Under the pieces are notes generated by a model, which was not told the origin of the DNA, ran no database searches, and worked only from the letters and a program-made list of their open reading frames with translations. A stretch of 32,000 nt of DNA from assembly GCA_965224465.1 (NCBI GenBank), contig OZ245049.1, forward strand, positions 3,450,001 to 3,482,000, written 5' to 3'. Position numbers and translations under genes: made by a program. The DNA comes from Flavobacteriaceae bacterium (GTDB lineage: Bacteria; Bacteroidota; Bacteroidia; Flavobacteriales; Flavobacteriaceae). This document shows, piece after piece, positions 24,599-32,000 of the stretch; the stretch's first letter is position 1; each line of letters opens with the position of its first letter.

Positions 24599-25861
24599 TT
24601 GAAAAAAATAGCATTATTTTTAGTACTTATTTTCCTGTTTTCATGTACTAGCAAACCAGAACCTAAAATAGATAAAATTCCAGAACCTATAATTGTACAT
24701 GAATTTGGTTTTGTGCTCAATAATTTTAAAGTTGTTAGAGATACGATTAAGAAAAACGAGAGTTTTGGTGAAATATTAGACAAACATCACGTGCCATATC
24801 CGCTGATGTTGGAAATGGCAAAGAAAGCAAAAGACACCTTTGATATTCGTTATTTAAGAGCAGGAAAGCCATATACTATTTTGGCGAAAAAAGATTCTAC
24901 GGAGCAAGCACAGGTGTTTATTTATCAACAATCTAAAGCGCGGTATATAGTATTTAATTTTAAAGATTCGATTCGGACAGTTTACAAAGGGAAAAAACCT
25001 ATAAAAACGGTCATTAAAATCGCTTCAGGAGTGATTAAGAATTCGTTGTACCAAGAGTTAGAAAGTCAAGGTTTAGGAGGGATTTTAGCCGTTGAGATGG
25101 CAGATGTTTATGCGTGGACTATTGATTTTTCTAGAATTCAGAAAAACGATCGTTTTAAAATTATATATGAAGAAAAATATATAAATGATACTATTTATGC
25201 AGGTCTAGGAAGTATCAAAGCCGCATATTTTGAGCATGGGAAGCAGTCTTTTTATGCCTTTGATTTTGTGGGAGATTCCATTACTGGCATCAGTGATTAT
25301 TTTGATGATCAAGCAAAAACCTTGCGCAGACAATTTTTAAAGATGCCTATTAAATTTGGACGTATTTCATCACGTTATAATTTAAGAAGACGTATCGCTT
25401 ATTATGGGAACAGAGTTCGCCCTCATAAAGGTACTGATTTTGCAGCACCGATTGGGACACCTATAATGAGTACTGCCAATGGGACGGTTGTAGAGTCTCG
25501 CTATAAAGGTGGGAATGGGAATTATGTAAAAGTGAGACATAATGGTACGTATTCAACACAGTATTTACACATGAAAAAACGGAATGTGCGTGTAGGAGAT
25601 GTTGTAAAACAAGGAGATGTTATTGGATGGATTGGAATGACAGGGAATACGGGTGGACCCCATGTTTGTTATCGTTTTTGGAAACATGGAAAACAGATAG
25701 ATCCATTGCGTCAGAAATTACCAGCTGCCGAACCGATGAAAGACAGTGTAAAACCCAAATATTATGAGTTTATCAAACCTATTAAAGAACAATTAGACGC
25801 TATTGCATATCCAGTTCAAGAGGATATTAGTACAATTCCGTCAGATACATTAAAACAATAA
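24599..25861 (+). CDS. M23 family metallopeptidase lipoprotein
   Basis: The lipobox LIFLFS|C requires the TTG start (LKKIALF..). C-terminal LytM motifs: HKGTDFAAPIGTPI, YLHM, GNTGGPHVCYRFW. 420 aa. Confidence 0.88.
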   Translation: MKKIALFLVLIFLFSCTSKPEPKIDKIPEPIIVHEFGFVLNNFKVVRDTIKKNESFGEILDKHHVPYPLMLEMAKKAKDTFDIRYLRAGKPYTILAKKDSTEQAQVFIYQQSKARYIVFNFKDSIRTVYKGKKPIKTVIKIASGVIKNSLYQELESQGLGGILAVEMADVYAWTIDFSRIQKNDRFKIIYEEKYINDTIYAGLGSIKAAYFEHGKQSFYAFDFVGDSITGISDYFDDQAKTLRRQFLKMPIKFGRISSRYNLRRRIAYYGNRVRPHKGTDFAAPIGTPIMSTANGTVVESRYKGGNGNYVKVRHNGTYSTQYLHMKKRNVRVGDVVKQGDVIGWIGMTGNTGGPHVCYRFWKHGKQIDPLRQKLPAAEPMKDSVKPKYYEFIKPIKEQLDAIAYPVQEDISTIPSDTLKQ

Positions 25862-25864
25862 ATT

Positions 25865-27433
25865 ATGCCTTTAAAAAACCAAAATCCAACTAAAACTAAG
25901 GCTTGGGAGGAATTGTCAGCTCATTTTAAGGAGATTAAAGAGACGACTTTAAACGAATTATTTGCGAAAGACCCCACAAGAAAGGAAACGTTTACATTAA
26001 AATTTAACGATTTTAATATTGACTATTCTAAAAATAGAATCACACAAAAAACCATTGATTTACTCGTGCAATTGGCTGAGGAATCTGGTTTAAAAGAGGC
26101 AATAACTAGCCAGTTTGATGGAGAGATCATCAACCAAACAGAAAAAAGAGCAGTATTGCATACGGCACTTAGAAATAAGTCGAACAGCCCAGTTTTAGTA
26201 GATGGGAAGGATGTGATGCCAGAAATAAATGCAACCTTAAAAAAAGTAAAAGTATTTACCAATCAAGTAGTTTCTGGTGACTGGAAAGGCTACACAGGTA
26301 AAGCCATTACGGATGTGGTGAATATTGGAATTGGAGGAAGTGATTTAGGTCCTGATATGATTGTAGAATCGTTGCAGTTTTATAAAAACCACTTAACAAC
26401 GCATTTTGTTTCTAATATAGATGGAGATCATGTACAAGAAGTTATTAAAAACTTAAATCCTGAGACCACCTTATTTGTGATTGTTTCTAAAACTTTTACG
26501 ACTCAAGAAACATTGACCAATGCGACGACCATTAAAAAATGGTTTTTAGAAACAGCTTCAGAAAATAATGTAGCTCAACATTTTGTAGCGGTGTCTACCA
26601 ATGTAGAAAGCGTTCAAAACTTTGGAATAGATCCCGAAAATATTTTTACGATGTGGGATTGGGTAGGAGGTCGTTTCTCTTTGTGGAGTACGGTAGGCTT
26701 ATCAGTTTCATTGGCTGTAGGTTTCGAGAACTTTGATCAATTATTAACAGGAGCACATGAGATGGATAGGCATTTTAAGAACACGCCTTTTGATAAAAAT
26801 ATCCCTGTAATCATGAGCTTGATAGGAGTTTGGTATAACAATTTCTTTGAGAGTGAATCCGAAGCTATTTTGCCATATACACAATACTTAACTAAGTTGG
26901 TGCCTTATTTACAGCAAGCAATCATGGAAAGTAATGGAAAAAGTGTCGATAGAAATGGCGAGCGCGTAGAGTACCAAACAGGAGGTGTGATTTGGGGAAG
27001 TACAGGTACAAACATGCAACATGCTTTTATGCAATTGGTACATCAAGGAACCAAATTGATTCCAACCGATTTTATTGGATATGAAGAGTCGCTGTATGGA
27101 AATACGGATCATCACTCCAAATTAATGGCTAATTATTATGGTCAAATGCAGGCATTGGCGGAAGGAAAATCCAAAGAAGCAGTACATTTAGATTTAAAAA
27201 CAAGTGGGAATTTAGCTGCAGTTTCAAGCTTATTGCCATTTAAAGTTTTTGAAGGAAACAAACCATCTACTGCTATTCTTATCAAGAAATTAACGCCACA
27301 TTCTTTAGGAGAATTGGTGGCATTGTACGAACATAAGATTTTTACCCAAGGAATTATCTGGAATATTTTTAGTTATGATCAATTTGGTGTAGAATTAGGA
27401 AAAGAAATGGCAAAAAAACAATTGAATAATTAG
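25865..27433 (+). CDS. pgi: Glucose-6-phosphate isomerase
   Basis: Motifs [33 protein letters not shown] and QHAFMQL; 522 aa. It starts 3 nt after the M23 stop. Confidence 0.95.
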   Translation: MPLKNQNPTKTKAWEELSAHFKEIKETTLNELFAKDPTRKETFTLKFNDFNIDYSKNRITQKTIDLLVQLAEESGLKEAITSQFDGEIINQTEKRAVLHTALRNKSNSPVLVDGKDVMPEINATLKKVKVFTNQVVSGDWKGYTGKAITDVVNIGIGGSDLGPDMIVESLQFYKNHLTTHFVSNIDGDHVQEVIKNLNPETTLFVIVSKTFTTQETLTNATTIKKWFLETASENNVAQHFVAVSTNVESVQNFGIDPENIFTMWDWVGGRFSLWSTVGLSVSLAVGFENFDQLLTGAHEMDRHFKNTPFDKNIPVIMSLIGVWYNNFFESESEAILPYTQYLTKLVPYLQQAIMESNGKSVDRNGERVEYQTGGVIWGSTGTNMQHAFMQLVHQGTKLIPTDFIGYEESLYGNTDHHSKLMANYYGQMQALAEGKSKEAVHLDLKTSGNLAAVSSLLPFKVFEGNKPSTAILIKKLTPHSLGELVALYEHKIFTQGIIWNIFSYDQFGVELGKEMAKKQLNN

Positions 27434-27456
27434 AAGAGAATTGTTTTAGTTTTTTT

Positions 27457-27498
27457 AAAAGAGCAAACCTTTAGGTATAAAGGTTTGCTCTTTTTTTT
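27457..27498 (+). terminator. Intrinsic terminator after pgi
   Basis: Perfect 16-bp stem AAAAGAGCAAACCTTT / AAAGGTTTGCTCTTTT, loop AGGTAT, then a T-run. Confidence 0.88.
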
Positions 27499-27551
27499 GT
27501 CCTTTAGATATGAAATTTGCACAGTTTTTTTGTTAAGACAAGATGAATCTT

Positions 27552-27567
27552 TTGTTAATTTTAACAA
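27552..27567. promoter_or_regulatory. Inverted repeat TTGTTAA-tt-TTAACAA (candidate operator)
   Basis: Perfect 7-nt arms with a 2-nt spacer, in the 343-nt region upstream of the TonB-dependent receptor gene. Confidence 0.4.
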
Positions 27568-27593
27568 AATGCAGAAGCAACCTATGGGAGATT

Positions 27594-27607
27594 TTAACAT
27601 CTGTTAA
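27594..27607. promoter_or_regulatory. Everted repeat TTAACA-tc-TGTTAA (same half-site)
   Basis: The same hexamer half-sites in the opposite arrangement. Confidence 0.3.
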
Positions 27608-27663
27608 TAAAGATGTTTATATCTAATGTATTAGTATTCAGTTTTTACAGTTGTTTTTTACTA

Positions 27664-27683
27664 AATTTAAGAACTCTTAAATT
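27664..27683. promoter_or_regulatory. Inverted repeat AATTTAAGA-ac-TCTTAAATT
   Basis: Perfect 9-nt arms, immediately adjacent to the next palindrome. Confidence 0.3.
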
Positions 27684-27684
27684 C

Positions 27685-27701
27685 TTGTTAAAATTTAACA
27701 A
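27685..27701. promoter_or_regulatory. Inverted repeat TTGTTAAA-a-TTTAACAA (candidate operator)
   Basis: Perfect 8-nt arms with a 1-nt spacer. It lies ~30 nt upstream of a one-mismatch -7 box, CAAATTTG at 27732-27739. Confidence 0.4.
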
Positions 27702-27776
27702 TTAATTAAGATGACAATCAGTAAAAATCATCAAATTTGCAAATAATTAATTCAAACAAAAATCAAATCTTAAAAA

Positions 27777-30700
27777 ATGAAAAATTTTAAAAATTGGCTT
27801 GTTGTATTGGTACTTATCAGTTCAACAGTTATGTTTGGTCAAGGAGTTACTACTTCCGCTATCAATGGAAAAATTATTGATAGTAATAGTGAAGCTTTGC
27901 CAGGAGCAAATGTTGTTGCGGTGCACGATGCTACAGGGACAATATATGGTGCCTCTACGGACTTTGATGGGTATTTTAGAATTGCAAACATGCGTTCTGG
28001 AGGACCTTACACAATTACTATTTCTTATGTAGGATTTAAGGACCACAAAGTGAGTAATGTATTCTTGCAATTGGGGCAAAAATTTGCGATTAACCATAAA
28101 ATGATTGAGTCAGCAAATGCTCTTGAAGAAGTGGTCGTTAGAGGGACTAGTAATAGTCTATTTGACGGGAACAAAAACGGGGCTTCTACCACGATAACAA
28201 GTGCAATGGTTAAAACCATTCCTTCAGTTTCGCGTGGACTTGGAGATTTTGTTAGAACTACACCACAGGCTCAAGTTAATGGAAGTACGATATCTATTGG
28301 AGGACAGAATAATAGATACAATGCTATTTATATTGATGGAGCAGTTAATAATGATGTTTTTGGACTGGCTTCGTCTGGGACAAATGGTGGACAAACTGGG
28401 GTCAGCCCAATATCGGTGGATGCCATAGAATCTTTTCAGATTTCGGTAGCTCCTTTTGATGTTAGACAATCTGGATTTTCGGGTGGTTCTATTAATGCTG
28501 TAACTAGATCGGGGACTAATAATATTGAAGGTTCTATTTATGGTTTTTTAAGAAATCAAAATTTATCTGGTAAAACACCAGTGGATTTAGCTGGAGATAA
28601 GGACAGAGAAAAGTTAGATGAATTTACATCTAAAACATACGGTGTAAGAGTTGGAGGTCCAATTATTGAGGATAAATTATTCTTTTTCATAAATTATGAA
28701 AGACAAGAAAATGAAACGCCTTCGCCTTTTAGCTTTGATAATTATATAGGGAATTCTTCACTTACTGATGTACAAGGGTTAAAAGATTACCTTCAAACTA
28801 CATATGGATATGATGCGGGAATTTTCGGAAATTCAATAAGTTCATTAGAAAGTGATAAGTTTAACGTTAAGTTAGATTGGAATATTAGTAAAAAACATAA
28901 GTTATCATTAAAACATAGTTATGTTAGTGCAGAACAGTTTAATGCTGCAAGTTCTTATTATAGAGGGATTAGTTTTAGCAATAGATCTATCTCGTTTCCT
29001 TCAACTACAAACTCTACGGCAATTGAGTTAAATTCTTCATTGAGTGATAGAGTATCAAATAATTTAATTATTGGGTACACTACGGTAGATGATAATAGAA
29101 GCTTTGTTGGTAGCCCGTTTCCGTCCGTAAAGATAAAAGATGGAGCAGGTAGTATTCGTTTTGGTTCTGAACCATATTCTACAGGTAATTACCTAAAACA
29201 AAGTACCTTGACGTTTACGGATAATTTAGAAATTTACCATGGAGCTCACACGATTACTCTTGGAACTAATTTAGAATATTCAAAAGCGGATAATTTATTT
29301 ATTAGACAAAACTTTGGAGACTATACGTATGATTCATTAGAAGATTTTTATAATGGGGCTAAACCAGATAATTATTCACGTAGTTATTCATTGTTAGGTG
29401 GAATTGGAGATGATTCTAATGGGGCAGCTGATTTTTCTGTTTTTCAAGCAGGATTGTATGCTCAAGATGATGTTCAAGTATCTGACAATTTTAAAGTAAG
29501 TGTTGGTTTACGTATTGATGCTCCTTTCTGGGAGGATGGTCTTGTGAACAAAGATTTTAATACGAGAACAATTGCTTTGTTGGAAGCAGAAGGTAAAGAT
29601 TTACAAGGAGCAAAAGTAGGAAAAGGTGTTTCTACATCGTTACATCTTTCTCCAAGAGTTGGATTTAACTGGAATGTAAAAGGTGAGTATAAAACACAAT
29701 TACGTGGTGGTTTTGGAATATTTACTTCTAGAATGCCATTAGTTTGGCCTGGAGGAACCTATTCTAATAATGGATTAGTTGCCGGTGGTGCAAGAACAAG
29801 TGATTTACCAAACGGAGGAGATTTTATCCCTGATTTTGATGGACAACCAACACCAGTTGCTGTAAACTCTGGAGCTGTAGGTGGTCAAGTAGATTTATTT
29901 GCAAGTAGTTTTAAGTTGCCTCAAGTATTTAAAGTAAATATAGCCCTTGATCAAAAATTACCATTTTGGGGATTGATTGGTTCAGGAGAGTTATTGTATA
30001 ACAAAAATATTTATGCTGTTTCTTATGAGAATCTTAACTTGAAAGGCCCTGCTGGTTATTTAAAAGGAGCAGATAATAGACCATACTATAACAGATATAG
30101 TTCTATCGATAAAACCTATAGAGGTATCTTTTTAGCTTCTAATACTAGTGAAGGATATTCTTGGAACGGTTCATTTACGTTAACCAAACCTATGACAAAT
30201 GGTTTTGGAGGTAGCTTGACGTATTCTTACGGTGATTCGTATACTGTATTTGAAGGAACAAGTTCTCAAAATAGCTCTCAATGGAGAAATCAAATTTCTG
30301 TAAATGGGAAAAATTCTGCATTGCCAGCTTCTAGGTCTCAGTTCGCACAAGGACATAGAGTAATGGTAAATGGTTCTTACGAATTTAAATGGAATGAAAA
30401 CATTAAAACTACTTTTGGTTTGTTTTATCAAGGTGTTAATGGTGCTTCTTTCTCTTATGTTTATAAAGAAGGTAGAGATTTATTAAATGATGATTCAAGA
30501 GATAACGCACTTATTTTTGTGCCGAAAAAATCTTCAGATATTAATTTAGTTGATTCTAGTGATCTTACAGCTGCAGAGCAATGGACGGCATTAGATGCTT
30601 TTATTAAAGGAGATGATTATTTGAATTCTAGAAGAGGGGAATATGCTGAAATAAATGCTGATAGAGCTCCTTGGAATCACATCGTAGATTTAAAAGTACT

Positions 30701-30977
30701 GCAAGATTTTTCATTAAATATTGGTGGTAAAAAACACACTTTCGAGGCTTCATTCGATATATTCAATTTCACGAATTTATTGAATAAAAAATGGGGTGTA
30801 AGAAAATACGTTGCTAATTATGGAAAAATCGGATTGTTGGAAACTATAAAGGCAGGAGAGAATCCTGAATTTACTTTCAATCCTTCTGTAGTTGAAAATA
30901 GATTTGACATTGATGATTCTGGAATACAGAGTTCAAGATGGCAAATGCAAGTTGGGTTAAGATATATTTTTAATTAA
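27777..30977 (+). CDS. TonB-dependent outer-membrane receptor with N-terminal carboxypeptidase-regulatory-like domain
   Basis: Signal peptide ..VMFG|QGV and a CarbopepD_reg-like domain (INGKIIDSNSEALPGANVVAV..GYFRIANM..YTITISYVGF). Then a TonB-box-like LEEVVVRG, a plug, a ~800-aa beta-barrel and the terminal aromatic LRYIFN. No SusD-like partner lies downstream. Confidence 0.92.
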   Translation: MKNFKNWLVVLVLISSTVMFGQGVTTSAINGKIIDSNSEALPGANVVAVHDATGTIYGASTDFDGYFRIANMRSGGPYTITISYVGFKDHKVSNVFLQLGQKFAINHKMIESANALEEVVVRGTSNSLFDGNKNGASTTITSAMVKTIPSVSRGLGDFVRTTPQAQVNGSTISIGGQNNRYNAIYIDGAVNNDVFGLASSGTNGGQTGVSPISVDAIESFQISVAPFDVRQSGFSGGSINAVTRSGTNNIEGSIYGFLRNQNLSGKTPVDLAGDKDREKLDEFTSKTYGVRVGGPIIEDKLFFFINYERQENETPSPFSFDNYIGNSSLTDVQGLKDYLQTTYGYDAGIFGNSISSLESDKFNVKLDWNISKKHKLSLKHSYVSAEQFNAASSYYRGISFSNRSISFPSTTNSTAIELNSSLSDRVSNNLIIGYTTVDDNRSFVGSPFPSVKIKDGAGSIRFGSEPYSTGNYLKQSTLTFTDNLEIYHGAHTITLGTNLEYSKADNLFIRQNFGDYTYDSLEDFYNGAKPDNYSRSYSLLGGIGDDSNGAADFSVFQAGLYAQDDVQVSDNFKVSVGLRIDAPFWEDGLVNKDFNTRTIALLEAEGKDLQGAKVGKGVSTSLHLSPRVGFNWNVKGEYKTQLRGGFGIFTSRMPLVWPGGTYSNNGLVAGGARTSDLPNGGDFIPDFDGQPTPVAVNSGAVGGQVDLFASSFKLPQVFKVNIALDQKLPFWGLIGSGELLYNKNIYAVSYENLNLKGPAGYLKGADNRPYYNRYSSIDKTYRGIFLASNTSEGYSWNGSFTLTKPMTNGFGGSLTYSYGDSYTVFEGTSSQNSSQWRNQISVNGKNSALPASRSQFAQGHRVMVNGSYEFKWNENIKTTFGLFYQGVNGASFSYVYKEGRDLLNDDSRDNALIFVPKKSSDINLVDSSDLTAAEQWTALDAFIKGDDYLNSRRGEYAEINADRAPWNHIVDLKVLQDFSLNIGGKKHTFEASFDIFNFTNLLNKKWGVRKYVANYGKIGLLETIKAGENPEFTFNPSVVENRFDIDDSGIQSSRWQMQVGLRYIFN

Positions 30978-31005
30978 ATAATAGTTGTCCAATTTTAATA
31001 ATACA

Positions 31006-31033
31006 AAAACCTCCCATCTTGGGAGGTTTTTTT
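31006..31033 (+). terminator. Intrinsic terminator after the TonB-dependent receptor gene
   Basis: Stem CCTCCC / GGGAGG, loop ATCTT, followed by T7 and preceded by A5. Confidence 0.85.
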
Positions 31034-31046
31034 ATGGAACATATTG

Positions 31047-31054
31047 TACATTTG
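31047..31054 (+). promoter_or_regulatory. -7 promoter box TACATTTG upstream of the 31088 gene
   Basis: Exact TAnnTTTG match, 34 nt upstream of the ATG. Confidence 0.45.
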
Positions 31055-31087
31055 TAACCAACAAAATCAAATCAAAAACTACTACAC

Positions 31088-31513
31088 ATGTTACAAATTC
31101 ATTCTTATTGGGCTTATTTAGTGCTCGTGATGATAATCATCGCTTTTGCGAATGCATTAACAGGACTTTTGTCCAAAAGAACCTTTAAAAGTAAGGACTT
31201 AAGGCTTGCTTTATTTGCGCTTATTGTATCGCATATCCAGTTAATCATCGGTCTTGGTTGGTATTTTATGTCTCCTTGGTTCAAGGGGTTAAAGGCAAAT
31301 GGTATGGCTGAAACTATGGGAGATGCTACTGCTCGTATGATGACTGTAGAACATCCATTGATGATGATCCTTGCTATCGTTTTTATTACCATCGGATTTT
31401 CAAAACACAAAAAGAAAACCACCGATACTGCAAAATTTAAAACAATTACGGTATGCTACGGAATCGCATTGTTGCTTATTTTAGCACGTATTCCTTGGGG
31501 ACAATGGTTTTAA
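31088..31513 (+). CDS. Four-helix integral membrane protein, unknown function
   Basis: 141 aa with four hydrophobic helices, its own promoter box and a downstream hairpin. Confidence 0.6.
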   Translation: MLQIHSYWAYLVLVMIIIAFANALTGLLSKRTFKSKDLRLALFALIVSHIQLIIGLGWYFMSPWFKGLKANGMAETMGDATARMMTVEHPLMMILAIVFITIGFSKHKKKTTDTAKFKTITVCYGIALLLILARIPWGQWF

Positions 31514-31587
31514 ATAGCAAATAGCTTAAAATCAAAAGTAAGGAGGGGAAAAAGAAATTTATTTTTCTCTTTATTCAAAAATAATGT

Positions 31588-31617
31588 AAAAGCACCCTCT
31601 TTCGGGAAGGGTGCTTT
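31588..31617 (+). terminator. Putative intrinsic terminator (weak T-tract)
   Basis: Stem AGCACCCT / AGGGTGCT around the loop CTTTCGGGA. It is followed only by TTT. Confidence 0.45.
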
Positions 31618-31633
31618 ATGAATCATCTTTTCT

Positions 31634-32000
31634 ATGAAAATCATAAGAGTCTATATTCTAACATCTATTTATTATTTGTTTTTTGGAGTGGGCTTGTTGT
31701 TTTTTCATCTGCTACAGTGGTTGGGGTACAATTTAGGAGGCTATACATGGCATAAATGGACCGTAGATAGGATGAATTACTATCTGATGTGTTGCCTATA
31801 CCTGTTAGGGACTAAAATCACTTTTGTTCATCGCCATAACTTACCCAAAGATGCTCCGTTAATTTTTGTGTCCAACCATCAAAGTATGTACGATATTTCT
31901 CCCTTGTCATGGTTTTTGCGGAAGCATCATTTAAAATTTGTCTCGAAAAAAGAACTTGGAAAAGGAATTCCTAGCATCTCTTACAACCTCTCTCATGGAG
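31634..32000 (+). CDS. plsC: 1-acyl-sn-glycerol-3-phosphate (lysophospholipid) acyltransferase, 3' end outside the window
   Basis: This open frame runs from the ATG at 31634 to the window end and is not in the ORF track. It has an N-terminal TM helix, then LIFVSNHQSMYDI (the HX4D acyltransferase motif) and FVSKKELGKGIP. Confidence 0.8.
   Translation, partial: MKIIRVYILTSIYYLFFGVGLLFFHLLQWLGYNLGGYTWHKWTVDRMNYYLMCCLYLLGTKITFVHRHNLPKDAPLIFVSNHQSMYDISPLSWFLRKHHLKFVSKKELGKGIPSISYNLSHG

Noticed and set aside
25865-27433. Pgi looks short (522 aa, ending soon after [10 protein letters not shown]), which might indicate a truncated pseudogene.
   Set aside because: All catalytic and SIS-domain motifs are intact, the frame is uninterrupted, and a perfect terminator follows. 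The missing part corresponds only to the non-conserved C-terminal tail of longer enterobacterial enzymes.
30985-31188. 67-aa plus-strand ORF between the TonB-dependent receptor gene and the 31088 gene.
   Set aside because: It runs straight through the CCTCCC/GGGAGG terminator and the TACATTTG promoter box, and it overlaps the better-supported membrane protein gene in another frame.

Overview
AT-rich segment, roughly one third GC by eye. It looks like a Flavobacteriia (Bacteroidota) chromosome: a T9SS C-terminal sorting domain, many TAnnTTTG -7 promoter boxes, signal peptides cleaved before Gln (..A|Q), a CarbopepD-type TonB-dependent receptor and a GH3-family gene. Most of the window is housekeeping: tdk-alr, mscL, upp, trmB, mrp-nifU, hmgA-hppD, pgi, plsC, and a long minus-strand block eamA-yicC-gmk-nadD-M23-GH3-MOSC. 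I found no rRNA, tRNA, CRISPR array, transposase, integrase or recognisable defence gene. Two things stand out. (1) A three-gene operon at 16323-18775 encodes signal-peptide proteins that share sequence modules in a mosaic pattern and resemble no characterised family I recognise. It lies between housekeeping genes and requires non-ATG starts. (2) A family of structured intergenic repeats occurs in four co-oriented copies of ~77, ~101, ~155 and ~160 bp. They have long imperfect terminal inverted repeats, and the best copy has a three-way-junction interior. One copy borders the three-gene operon. Lesser points are a dense TGTTAA/TTAACA palindrome array upstream of an orphan TonB-dependent receptor, TAATG-coupled M23-GH3-MOSC genes, a Cys-to-Ala alkyltransferase-like protein, and an M19-dipeptidase-like T9SS cargo protein. 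All functional calls rest on motif recognition by eye; no database search was run.
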